DNA from: an uncultured archaeon
GTDB lineage: Archaea > Asgardarchaeota > Lokiarchaeia > Sigyniarchaeales > SOKP01
Length of the DNA stretch: 26,129 nucleotides
Assembly: GCA_964583985.1 (NCBI GenBank)
Contig: CAZOYD010000048.1
Span: 1 to 26,129 of the forward strand
Reading direction: 5' to 3'
Shown: one piece after another, positions 16,164-25,502 of the stretch
Position numbering within the stretch: the first letter of the stretch is position 1
Layout of the letters: each line of letters begins with the position of its first letter
The notes under the pieces: model-generated
The model's input: the letters and a program-made list of their open reading frames with translations, nothing else
Database searches by the model: none
What the model was told of the DNA's origin: nothing
Made by a program: the position numbers and the translations under genes

Positions 16164-16679
16164 ATGGAATTTTATGATGTAATAAAAAGTCGAAGAAGTT
16201 TTCGCATATACAAACCTGATATGCCTGAGAAAGAAAAAATCGAAAGGATTTTAGATGCTGCTAGGCTAGCTCCTACTTGGGCCAATATGCAAGGAATGCA
16301 TTATATTGTTGTGAAGGATCCAGAAAAAGTTAAATCAGTATGGAATGCCGTTGGACAGAAGCAAAAATTTGTAGAAGCTCCGATTTTTATTGTTGGGGCT
16401 ATTAAAGAAAAAGGTTCAGGTACTAACGGAAATGGAGAGAAATATTACCCTGTAGATTTTGGAATATGTTTTGAACATCTGATATTAGCTGCTACTGCAG
16501 AAGGATTGGGAACTTGTTGGATAGGTTGGTTTGATGAAAATAAATTAAAAGATGCATTAAATATTCCTAAAACTTATCGAGTATTAGGTCTCACACCATT
16601 AGGCTATCCGATAAAACAAAAAGAGTCAGTACAAGAACGACATTCTCTAGAACAAATCGTCCATTATGATAAATTTTAA
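16164..16679 (+). CDS. Nitroreductase-family flavoprotein
   Basis: RRSFRIY, AARLAPTWANMQ, LAATAEGLGTCWIGWF, LGYP. The GTG at 16152 lies in an AGGTGA SD, so ATG at 16164 is preferred. Confidence 0.9.
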   Translation: MEFYDVIKSRRSFRIYKPDMPEKEKIERILDAARLAPTWANMQGMHYIVVKDPEKVKSVWNAVGQKQKFVEAPIFIVGAIKEKGSGTNGNGEKYYPVDFGICFEHLILAATAEGLGTCWIGWFDENKLKDALNIPKTYRVLGLTPLGYPIKQKESVQERHSLEQIVHYDKF

Positions 16680-16759
16680 TTAGAAATCTTCTCTTTCTTT
16701 TCTCACTTTACGATGAAATTCTAAAATAATTTCAAATAATACTAACAACTTATTTATTT

Positions 16760-18490
16760 ATGAAAATTATTCGAATTGATGTTAAAAAGAAGTCAATCTC
16801 TCACGATGTAATCACCAAAAATTCGAAATACTTTTTTCTAGGTGCTCGTGGTCTAACCTCTCAAATTGTTTCGGATGAAGTAAATCCCCAAGCTGATCCG
16901 TTAGGTCCAGAAAATAAGTTAATTATTGCTAATGGCATGCTCGCGGGTAGTCCTTTTCCAAATTCAGCGAGAACTTCAGTAGGAGCTAAAAGTCCATTAA
17001 CTAACGGAATTAAGGAAGCTAATGTGGGGGGAAGGTCTGCGATGATGCTTGCCAGGCACGGAATTAGAGCATTAATCTTTGAAAATATTTCAGATGATTT
17101 ACAGATCTTACTCATTAATGATGATAAAATTGAATTGGTCGATGCAGAGGTCTATAAAGGACTTGGAAATTATGAACTTAATTCAAAATTGTATGAACGT
17201 TATGGTAATACCATTGGAATTTATTCAATAGGACCAGCAGGTGAATACATGATGAAATCTGCTACTGTTGCAGCGAATGACCTTGAAGGATATCCGAGTA
17301 GACATGCTGCGAGGGGTGGATTAGGAGCTGTTATGGGGTCAAAAGGTATAAAAGCAATAATCAATATTCCTTCAAAAGAATCAAAAGCACCCATGCATGA
17401 TCTTAAAAAATTCAGAGAAACCTCTACTCCTTTTGCGAAAAATTTGATTGATACAAAAACTGCATTTTCTACATTTGGAACATCGATGGGAATGAAAACA
17501 ATGAGTAATTTTGGGGGTATTCCAACCAAAAATTTTTCAATGGGATCATTTAATGATATTGATAAAATCTCGGGTGAAGCACTTCATGAACTCGTGATAA
17601 AACGAGGAGGAAAAAAACGATTAGCTTGTTCTCCAACATGCGTTATTAAATGCTCAAATTTGATTGTTGATCAAAAGGGAAACCATATTACATCCAGCTT
17701 AGAATACGAAACAATGTGTTTAAATGGAACTAATTTGATGATTAATGATCTTGATAGTTTAGCAAACATAGATCATTTCTGCGATGATGTGGGAATAGAT
17801 ACGATCGAATATGGTGGGACTTGTGGTGTTGCAATGGATTGTGGTAAACTTAATTGGGGAGATGCCCAAAAAGTAATAGAAATCTTGGATAAAGAAATTA
17901 GAAATAATACTGAAATAGGAAAATTATTTGGCAATGGTGTAAAATATATCGGTGATCAATTAAGTGCCAAAAGAGTTCCTCAAATTAAAGGACAAGGAAT
18001 ATCTGCCTACGATCCAAGAGTTATGAAAGCCATGGGAGTAACTTTTGCAACGACTCCGATGGGTGCTGACCATACGAGTGGAGCTGCAATTGTTGGGAGG
18101 GTTCCACGACAAGGGAGAAATTATGGAGAATATACCGATATAAAAAACAAATTGGATTTATCTTTCGAATTACAAGTATACACGACAGTTATGGATACAA
18201 TGGGATGTTGTTATTTTATTGGTCCGAGTTATGAAAACATGTCTATTCTTGCCAATGTTATTAATGCAATGTATGATTTACAGTTAACCAGGAATGACGT
18301 TATCAATATAGGAAAAAATGTTTTAAGAATTGAAATAGAATTTAATAAGAAAGCGGGGATTACTAAAGATAGTAATGACGTGCCAGAGTTCTTTAAAAAT
18401 GAAGCGTCTCCACCCCTAAATCTAAAATTCTCATTTACCAAAAACGATTTACAAAATTTTTGGGATAGATTAGATAATTATGTCTTTTAA
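16760..18490 (+). CDS. aor: Aldehyde:ferredoxin oxidoreductase-family (tungstopterin) enzyme
   Basis: KSPLTNGIKEAN, IGPAGE, AARGGLGAVMGSKGIKA, CSPTCVIKC, LEYET, CDDVGIDTI, AYDPR, GADH, and DTMGCC as the likely fourth Fe-S ligand. Confidence 0.9.
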   Translation: MKIIRIDVKKKSISHDVITKNSKYFFLGARGLTSQIVSDEVNPQADPLGPENKLIIANGMLAGSPFPNSARTSVGAKSPLTNGIKEANVGGRSAMMLARHGIRALIFENISDDLQILLINDDKIELVDAEVYKGLGNYELNSKLYERYGNTIGIYSIGPAGEYMMKSATVAANDLEGYPSRHAARGGLGAVMGSKGIKAIINIPSKESKAPMHDLKKFRETSTPFAKNLIDTKTAFSTFGTSMGMKTMSNFGGIPTKNFSMGSFNDIDKISGEALHELVIKRGGKKRLACSPTCVIKCSNLIVDQKGNHITSSLEYETMCLNGTNLMINDLDSLANIDHFCDDVGIDTIEYGGTCGVAMDCGKLNWGDAQKVIEILDKEIRNNTEIGKLFGNGVKYIGDQLSAKRVPQIKGQGISAYDPRVMKAMGVTFATTPMGADHTSGAAIVGRVPRQGRNYGEYTDIKNKLDLSFELQVYTTVMDTMGCCYFIGPSYENMSILANVINAMYDLQLTRNDVINIGKNVLRIEIEFNKKAGITKDSNDVPEFFKNEASPPLNLKFSFTKNDLQNFWDRLDNYVF

Positions 18491-18499
18491 TAGCTCTAA

Positions 18500-19048
18500 T
18501 TAGATATACTTCAAGTATCCCTTTCTTTTCATTGTATATTCTGTCACTAAGATTAAAATTACTGATAATAGGACACAGTTTAAAAGGGTATACCGTAACA
18601 AAAAATAATTAACTGATAGTTCAAGATTGATTTGCTCTAATAAAATAATCAAATAATATAATGAACTTAAAGCTCCAAAAACAACTTTTTTCTTTTTATT
18701 AATTGAAAGAGCGTTATTCCAGCTTATAATTCCAATAACAGTTGTTAAAAGGATGATAACTTTAAGAAATAGATTATTCATATTAAAAATCATGAGATAA
18801 ATTTCTATTGAAACCATTACTAAAATAGGAATTGAAATTAATTCTCGTTGGTGATCTCGAAAATATTTCATTTCTAAGGTTATTTCAATAGCTATAAGGA
18901 TAAAAAAACCAAGATAGGCAACTATAATAATTTCAAATAGTAAATCATGAACTAATATTAAATCAAATGAAAATCCAATTAAAAAAGCGAATAAAAAAAT
19001 TAGTGAACTAACATATCTTGTTAACATGAGCCCTTTAGCTTTAATCAT
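18500..19048 (-). CDS. Hypothetical membrane protein (about 6 TM)
   Basis: 182 aa, almost entirely hydrophobic helices with short basic loops. Fills the gap between aor and the glcD-like gene. Confidence 0.65.
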   Translation of the reverse strand: MIKAKGLMLTRYVSSLIFLFAFLIGFSFDLILVHDLLFEIIIVAYLGFFILIAIEITLEMKYFRDHQRELISIPILVMVSIEIYLMIFNMNNLFLKVIILLTTVIGIISWNNALSINKKKKVVFGALSSLYYLIILLEQINLELSVNYFLLRYTLLNCVLLSVILILVTEYTMKRKGYLKYI

Positions 19049-19141
19049 GGAGAAAAATCACTTTTGAAAAAATAGAAATAAATATTAATAATATATAATG
19101 AAAGAAACACATTTTTAACTAATATATTATGAGTGATTAAA

Positions 19142-20509
19142 ATGCAAGTCGATCTAATTTTAGGAAAGTTAGAAGAGATAGTTGAAGCTAATTTTGTGTC
19201 CAATAGAATGGAGGATCTCTATATCTATTCCCAAGATCCAGGAGCATCACTTTCTCGGCAAGTAGATTATGTAGTTATGCCTGAATCAGTAGAGCAAGTT
19301 CAAGAGATAGTTAAATTAGCAAATAAAGAAAAGATTCCGATTATTCCAATGGGTGGGGGATTAACATTGAGTGGTTTAGTAATTCCTTTGAAAGGTGGAA
19401 TTGTCATGGATATGAAGCGAATGAATAAGATTGTTGAAATTAATGAATCGAGTCGCTATGCTTTATTGGAAGCTGGAGTAACATCTGGGCAATTATTAGC
19501 GTATTTAAATAAAAACTATCCAGAATTAGAACCCCCAATTCCAGATGCACCCCCTTCGGTTACAATTGCAGGTAATGCATTAATTCACGGTAGCGGTTAT
19601 CTTTCTCAAAAGTTTGGAGATCATGGTTCCATGATTAATGGAATTGAAGTTGTACTTGCTGATGGAGATGTGTATAAGTTTGGATCTTGTGCTGTTTCTG
19701 ACTATTGGTTTACAAGAGGACCTATTCCTGATTTAATAGGGTTATTCATCAGTTCATTTGGTACAATGGGTATAATTACAAAACTTTCTATTAAATTATT
19801 CCCTAAGCATAAGATGAGGGATATAGTTTTTGGGTTATGTAAAGACCCTAATGTTCTTCCAGAATTAATTTCAAGCATAACATTTTCGGATGTCGCTGAA
19901 GATATCTTATTGGGTATTCAAGACAAGCCCGATTGGATGAAGGGCTACACTTTTATTATAGTTTATATTACTGGTGATTCAGAAGAAGAATTAAATGATA
20001 AAACAAAAAGTCTTAAAAAAATGTATCGTAAAGGAAATGCAAGATACATGAAAGTCCCAAAGCAAATTGAAGAGATCTTTCTTGAAAAACCTCAATTCGC
20101 AGCTAAAGCAGCAGATTTTAGAAAAGGGGGTGGATTTGAATATGTCGGAGCCTTTATTCCTCTTCAATTAATTCCAAATTTAATCCAAATTGGTACAGAA
20201 ATTTCATTAAACCATGGAATTGTTCCTACATTGGGTGCCAGACTTATAGGACAAGGTCATTCTGCGATGTTTTTTATTTCATACTCATTTAACAGAGCAG
20301 ATCCGAAAGACATGGAAAATGCAAGAGATGCTCTACATGAGACGAATAAAGCCGTTCTTGAGATTGGAGGCATTCCATGGAAAGCAGAAGTTGAAGGACA
20401 AAAATTAATAATGGAAAAAATGAATCCTAATTATAAAAAACTATTAAAAAACATTAAAAATTTAATCGATCCAAATGGAATCATGAATCCTGGAAATTGG
20501 GAGGTGTAA
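19142..20509 (+). CDS. FAD-binding oxidoreductase, VAO/GlcD/D-lactate dehydrogenase family
   Basis: PMGGGLTLSG FAD loop, EAGVT, GIEVVLADG, SFGTMGIITK, C-terminal IDPNGIMNPG. ATG at 19142 follows a GAGTGA SD. Confidence 0.9.
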   Translation: MQVDLILGKLEEIVEANFVSNRMEDLYIYSQDPGASLSRQVDYVVMPESVEQVQEIVKLANKEKIPIIPMGGGLTLSGLVIPLKGGIVMDMKRMNKIVEINESSRYALLEAGVTSGQLLAYLNKNYPELEPPIPDAPPSVTIAGNALIHGSGYLSQKFGDHGSMINGIEVVLADGDVYKFGSCAVSDYWFTRGPIPDLIGLFISSFGTMGIITKLSIKLFPKHKMRDIVFGLCKDPNVLPELISSITFSDVAEDILLGIQDKPDWMKGYTFIIVYITGDSEEELNDKTKSLKKMYRKGNARYMKVPKQIEEIFLEKPQFAAKAADFRKGGGFEYVGAFIPLQLIPNLIQIGTEISLNHGIVPTLGARLIGQGHSAMFFISYSFNRADPKDMENARDALHETNKAVLEIGGIPWKAEVEGQKLIMEKMNPNYKKLLKNIKNLIDPNGIMNPGNWEV

Positions 20510-21687
20510 TACTCATTTCTGAAAGTAAAGAGCAAGATTGGAAAGATATTGTTCATAGATGTTTTAGATGCGGTTATTGTAAATTTACTGCTGATTATTC
20601 TGATTTCAATTGCCCAAGTTATAAAAAATACAGATTCGAAACGTACAGTACAGGAGGGAGAATGTGGACAATCTACGGGTTAATTAGTGGAGAAATCCCT
20701 TGGAATGAACAAGTCTCTAATGTGATATATGCGTGCTCAACTTGTGGAAATTGCATGGAAAATTGCAGGTTTGAAAGGTTTAAAGATTTTCTCGTGGACT
20801 TCATAGAATCCGCGCGTAAGGAAGCATATATTCAAGGATTTTGTCCTGAAAAACAAAAAGTTCTACGTGAACGCATTGAAAATACTGAGATGTTCAATCC
20901 TTATGGTGAAAAAAACTCGAATAATGAAGCCTTGAAAAAACAATATAATTTACCAGATAAAGCCGAATGGGTTTACTTTGTTGGATGTACCTCGAATTAT
21001 CGCCAAAAAGAATTAAGAGATGCAACATTAAGGTTTCTCAAAAAATCCAATATTGATTTCACACTTATCGATGAACATTGTTGTTGTAGTCCTATCATAA
21101 GAACGGGTCAAACTGATTGCGTTAAAGATTTTATTAACTATAATTTATTGAAGATTAGAGAAACTGGCGCTTCAAAAATTATTACCTCTTGTGCAGGATG
21201 TTATAGAACGATGAAATCCGATTGGAGAAAATATGATGATTTTACTGATATTGAAATATTCCATACAATTGAACTCATAAATGATTTTTTAAAAGAAAAT
21301 AAATTGAAATTTAAATCAGAATTACCACGAACAATGATAACTTATCATGATCCTTGCCATTTAGGAAGACATATGGGGATTTATGAAATCCCTAGGAATA
21401 TTTTAAAGAACATACCAGGAGTTGAATTGATAGAAATGGAAAGAAATCGCGGTAATGCATGGTGTTGTGGAGCTGGAGGAGGAGTTAAGATAGGTTATCC
21501 CGAATGGAGCGTGGAAATTTCTAAAGAACGTCTTGAAGAAGCAAAAAGCATTAATGTTTCTCTAATAGCATCAGCGTGTCCATTTTGTCGCACTAATTTA
21601 AACGATGCAAATGTAAGATATGATATGGGATTTGAAGTTTTAGATATAATTGAAATAATTGATCAATTAGATTATGATGTAATTTAA
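20497..21687 (+). CDS. Fe-S oxidoreductase, GlcF/HdrD-like (two 4Fe-4S motifs plus two CCG domains)
   Basis: CFRCGYC...CP, CSTCGNCMENC, FVGC, HCCC, SCAGC, YHDPCHLGR, WCCGAGGG, ACPFC. Coupled to the upstream flavoprotein. Start uncertain (TTG 20497 or ATT 20515). Confidence 0.9.
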   Translation: MGGVILISESKEQDWKDIVHRCFRCGYCKFTADYSDFNCPSYKKYRFETYSTGGRMWTIYGLISGEIPWNEQVSNVIYACSTCGNCMENCRFERFKDFLVDFIESARKEAYIQGFCPEKQKVLRERIENTEMFNPYGEKNSNNEALKKQYNLPDKAEWVYFVGCTSNYRQKELRDATLRFLKKSNIDFTLIDEHCCCSPIIRTGQTDCVKDFINYNLLKIRETGASKIITSCAGCYRTMKSDWRKYDDFTDIEIFHTIELINDFLKENKLKFKSELPRTMITYHDPCHLGRHMGIYEIPRNILKNIPGVELIEMERNRGNAWCCGAGGGVKIGYPEWSVEISKERLEEAKSINVSLIASACPFCRTNLNDANVRYDMGFEVLDIIEIIDQLDYDVI

Positions 21688-21721
21688 GTGTTAGTTAATA
21701 AAAATGGAGAAATGATAAAAC

Positions 21722-22585
21722 TTGCGCTTAGGAGCCCATATTAGTATAGAAGGAGGGAAATTTAAAGCTTTAGAAAGAGGAAAACAAATAAATTGTGAAT
21801 CTATTCAACTATTCATCAGAAATGTCAGATCTTGGAATGATAAACCATTGGTTCAAAAAGAAATTGATGATTTTATTGAAAAAAGAAAAGAATTGAAAAA
21901 TATTTGGCCTATCATATCTCATAATAGTTATTTAATAAATCTTGCAAGTTTGGATAAAGAAAAACTTGCTAAATCACATCGTGCAATGCTTGATGAATTG
22001 AATAAAGCTACCTTATTAGAAATTGAATTTGAAAATATACATCCTGGTGTCATACCTAAGCAAGATAAAGATTTAATTACAAAAGAAGAAGCTTTAATAC
22101 AAATATCTAATCAATTAAATAAATTAATATTAGAAACAGAGAAATCAAAAGTAATAATTTTATTAGAAACAACAGCTGGACAAGGAGAGGGATTAGGTCA
22201 TAAATTTCATCATTTGAAAAGCGTAATCGATAAAATGCATAATAAGAACAGAATTGGTGTCTGCTTTGATACTGCCCATTCATTTGCTGCGGGATATGAT
22301 TTTCGAACAAAAAAACAATATGATGAGATGTGGATAGAATTTGATGATATCATCGGATTGAAATACCTACATGCTTTTCATCTAAATGATGCTATCAACG
22401 ATTGTGGTTCCAGAATTGACCGCCATACACATATAGGCCAAGGAAAAATTGGGAAAGAAGCCTTTGGTTTTTTTATTAATGATGAACGTTTCAAACATCT
22501 TCCAGGAATTCTAGAAACACCAAAAGAAAACGATATGAAAGAGGATATCATGAATCTTGCAACACTTAGATCGTTAGAAAAATAA
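21722..22585 (+). CDS. nfo: Endonuclease IV (AP endonuclease)
   Basis: LGAHIS, HNSYLINLAS, HPG, LETTAGQG, CFDTAHSFAAGYD, HLND, DRHTHIGQG, ILETP. TTG start. Confidence 0.95.
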   Translation: MRLGAHISIEGGKFKALERGKQINCESIQLFIRNVRSWNDKPLVQKEIDDFIEKRKELKNIWPIISHNSYLINLASLDKEKLAKSHRAMLDELNKATLLEIEFENIHPGVIPKQDKDLITKEEALIQISNQLNKLILETEKSKVIILLETTAGQGEGLGHKFHHLKSVIDKMHNKNRIGVCFDTAHSFAAGYDFRTKKQYDEMWIEFDDIIGLKYLHAFHLNDAINDCGSRIDRHTHIGQGKIGKEAFGFFINDERFKHLPGILETPKENDMKEDIMNLATLRSLEK

Positions 22586-22653
22586 TTAGTGTTATAAGAT
22601 GATATGAAATCCTATAAAAAGCAGTATATCGATAATTTAACGGAAATTTGAAT

Positions 22654-23049
22654 TTATTCAATCACTTCAAACCAGAGTGGTGTTTTATCTTTAACCCTTC
22701 CATTGTAATTGACTGTGATTTCTTCTCCCTCGTTTATATCTTTAATAGCAGAAAATTCGATAGCTTTATTTTTATAATCATATAAATATTTGACATTAGG
22801 TTTAAAAGAATGATTTATGAATTGAGAGATACTAAGCGTAATAGCATTTTTAAATCCCGGTTTTTTTGAATCCCCCCATATATAACAATAATCATACAAA
22901 ACCGTTTTCCTTATTTTATTATAATCTCTATTAGGAATTAAAATTACATTTGCGACATCAATAACAGTCTTTTTTTTTATGAATTTCTTAGCAAATGCAC
23001 CTTTCCCTTTCTCTTCGGAGATAAATTTTACCTCAATAAATTCATTCAT
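22654..23049 (-). CDS. Stand-alone SET-domain protein (putative protein-lysine methyltransferase)
   Basis: KGKGAFA (motif I), FINHSFKPN (motif III), AIKDINEGEEITVNY (motif IV with Tyr). Confidence 0.88.
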   Translation of the reverse strand: MNEFIEVKFISEEKGKGAFAKKFIKKKTVIDVANVILIPNRDYNKIRKTVLYDYCYIWGDSKKPGFKNAITLSISQFINHSFKPNVKYLYDYKNKAIEFSAIKDINEGEEITVNYNGRVKDKTPLWFEVIE

Positions 23050-23067
23050 AATTCGTACTCAGGGAAA

Positions 23068-23655
23068 TCATTCAATTGAAGCATGATGGTTTTCAATATA
23101 TTCTTCTGACACACCTAATTGTTCCATTAAAATTCCCCCCATAGAATCTAATATTGCCAGAGTAGAAATATCAAATAAGGAGGTGTAAGGTGCTAGTGTT
23201 TTTTGAAAAATTGCTTTTTCTTTGCTTTTTCCCTCAATTTTAAGGGTTAAATCGCTAATTCTTGCTATATTACTATCCAAATTGCCTGTAAATAATATAA
23301 TTTTTCCCCCTATTTCTTTAGCTTTACAAGCTATAGCTAGAGATGAAGTTGTCTCTCCACTTCCACTGATAATAAAGAGTAAATCATTTTCAGTATAACG
23401 ATATGTTACCGCATCCGATATGAAGCATGATTTGATTCCAAGATGCATCAAGCGTTGGGCAAAACATCGTCCGATAAAACCAGATCTTCCCGCCCCATAA
23501 ATAAAAATCATGGCATTACTATTATAAATCTTGAGAATTTCTTTCATAATTTTTATAATAATATCTGAATCATAAGATTTGGAATTAAGATTAATTTTCT
23601 CTTCAATTTCGATTAATGTTTTTTCAAATCGTGAGATAATTTCTTCTTCTTTCAA
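23068..23655 (-). CDS. hxlB: SIS-domain sugar-phosphate isomerase, 6-phospho-3-hexuloisomerase (PHI/HxlB)-like
   Basis: YGAGRSGFIGRCFAQRLMHLG, ISGSGET, LAPYTSLFD, C-terminal HASIE. TTG at 23655 follows GGGTGA (track GTG 23664). Confidence 0.75.
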   Translation of the reverse strand: MKEEEIISRFEKTLIEIEEKINLNSKSYDSDIIIKIMKEILKIYNSNAMIFIYGAGRSGFIGRCFAQRLMHLGIKSCFISDAVTYRYTENDLLFIISGSGETTSSLAIACKAKEIGGKIILFTGNLDSNIARISDLTLKIEGKSKEKAIFQKTLAPYTSLFDISTLAILDSMGGILMEQLGVSEEYIENHHASIE

Positions 23656-23678
23656 TAATTTCACCCTTGTACTCTAAA

Positions 23679-24941
23679 TTAAGGAACCTTATCGGGATGA
23701 ACGCAATTTTTCCATTGGTTTACCGTCTCTTTGGGACCTAATCCGATTATTAAATCGCCTTCTTCGAAAATAAAATCTGGTTTAAAACTATAGATCCATG
23801 TATTTTCTCTCTTAAGAGCAATTATGTGAAATCCCCTTTTATATCGGTGATCTTGAAGTTTTTCATAAGATTTATCCTTGAAAAATGAATCACTCGATAT
23901 TGTTTCGCGAACGACTATTTCTTGTGTTTCTTCTATAGCTTTTTGTAAGATTGCGTGTGGTTCAAAACCTTTTAAAATACTTTCTGCAATATGTGCTGCA
24001 GCATCAGCAATTTGTTCGCAAGAAAATGCTATTCGCATTATGCCCGTTAGATCTCTGGGGGAAGAAAACTCATGCGCAAAATCTAATAGATCTTTTTCGA
24101 AAGAGATGTTTAATCCATCCATCAATTCCTCCATCTCTAATACATCCTCAGCAACCTCATAACTATCCAAAAATATTGAAGCTAAAGAAAGTTCTAACAT
24201 GGTCTCTGAGATATCCGTTATGTAAATATAATCTCTCTTGAGTTCTTGCAAGTATTCATATAAATCAGGATTAGTAAGATCAAACAATGATTCTTCATCA
24301 ACTTCTTTCAATTTAAATGAGATTGGCTCATCATCGAACGCGAGACTTTTAAGATTTTGTATTGGCTCCAATTCTCCCTTGATTATGAGGATATCATTTT
24401 CTAAAATTTTTTCTTCCTCATTGAAGATCCATTTATCTTCTCTCTTTATTGCAATTAAATCTACGCCGTAATTGGAACGAAAATGAATATCATGTCGACG
24501 TTGTCCAATCAAGGTACAACCTTTTTTTATCGTAATTTTTATGATTGGTTCAGGTACATCCACCCAAAATAATTGAGTAAATTCCTGAATATCAACATTA
24601 ATATATACCACTTCGGCAATATCAGCGAGAGCATCTGATATTTTATCAATAGAGTATCCCATTACAACTATCGGCTCTAAACTCTTAGCCTCTTGAAATC
24701 CACCGGCATTCGTTTGTATCACTTGAACATTTAGCAAGAATGTTAACTCATGAATCCTGCGTTCAATTTTCTCAACTTCGTCAGCTATTTCTTTACTTCC
24801 AAATTTAATTGCGCTATAAGCCAAATCAATCATAATGTCGAGACTTATTTTCATTTCTTTAAGAATATCTTTGATAGAAAGAGGCGTGTATTGAAATTTT
24901 TTCCTTTTTCCCGGAAATTTACTTTTGGTTATCTTGTTCAC
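23679..24941 (-). CDS. PhoU plus TrkA-C (RCK_C) domain protein, internally duplicated (COG3273-like)
   Basis: EMKISLDIMIDLAYSA...IDKISDALADIA then GVDLIAIKRE; repeated as DISETMLELSLAS...EQIADAAAHIA then GFHIIALKRE...GDLIIGLG. Confidence 0.82.
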   Translation of the reverse strand: MNKITKSKFPGKRKKFQYTPLSIKDILKEMKISLDIMIDLAYSAIKFGSKEIADEVEKIERRIHELTFLLNVQVIQTNAGGFQEAKSLEPIVVMGYSIDKISDALADIAEVVYINVDIQEFTQLFWVDVPEPIIKITIKKGCTLIGQRRHDIHFRSNYGVDLIAIKREDKWIFNEEEKILENDILIIKGELEPIQNLKSLAFDDEPISFKLKEVDEESLFDLTNPDLYEYLQELKRDYIYITDISETMLELSLASIFLDSYEVAEDVLEMEELMDGLNISFEKDLLDFAHEFSSPRDLTGIMRIAFSCEQIADAAAHIAESILKGFEPHAILQKAIEETQEIVVRETISSDSFFKDKSYEKLQDHRYKRGFHIIALKRENTWIYSFKPDFIFEEGDLIIGLGPKETVNQWKNCVHPDKVP

Positions 24942-24950
24942 CTACGAAAT

Positions 24951-25502
24951 TTAAGTAAATAAATAAATAAAAACTATCATAAATAAAGGGGTCAAAAAAT
25001 CTAATAAAGAAGTTGTTATTGGAATTAAAAAATTATTGGGATCCAATCCTTTCCTAAATAAGATTACGGATCCTGCAAATAATAGTATAAACATTATACC
25101 GAAAAGAATTAACATTGTCAATAACATAATTGAAATTATAAATAATGGATTTACAATACGAATATTAGTAGCAAATCCTACAGCATAACCAATAATAATT
25201 AAAGCAATAAGACTTAATAAAATTGTTATCAGTAAACCAAAAAAATCTTTTTTTAAAAATTCTGTCTTTTGAATTTTAGGAGGAATGTTCCCCAAATATA
25301 AATGTGAAGATAATCGAGAAGTGAGAACTGTCGAAATATCTCCAATTAATGAATTTAATGCGGGGAGTATTAACAGAATGATTGGAAAACTATATAAAAC
25401 CTGTTTATTAACTGAAAGAAAAGTACCTGAAAATAAACCTATTATCGAGGAGATTATTACAATTAACACTGATTCTTTAAAAATTTTTTTAAAGTATTCC
25501 AT
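24951..25502 (-). CDS. MgtE/SLC41-family divalent cation transporter, membrane half-domain
   Basis: Five TM helices. PALNSLIGD (PX6GN variant) and GLDPNNFLIPITTSLLD (PxX4PX6D). Confidence 0.82.
   Translation of the reverse strand: MEYFKKIFKESVLIVIISSIIGLFSGTFLSVNKQVLYSFPIILLILPALNSLIGDISTVLTSRLSSHLYLGNIPPKIQKTEFLKKDFFGLLITILLSLIALIIIGYAVGFATNIRIVNPLFIISIMLLTMLILFGIMFILLFAGSVILFRKGLDPNNFLIPITTSLLDFLTPLFMIVFIYLFT

Noticed and set aside
2737-23049. HDAC, GNAT and SET read together as a chromatin writer/eraser system
   Set aside because: They are spread over 20 kb in different transcription units, and the GNAT is RimL-type. Co-occurrence is most simply chance.
23068-23070. TGA stop as a possible selenocysteine recoding site
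   Set aside because: It falls at the natural family C-terminus (HASIE), and I saw no redox gene in the window interrupted by an in-frame TGA.
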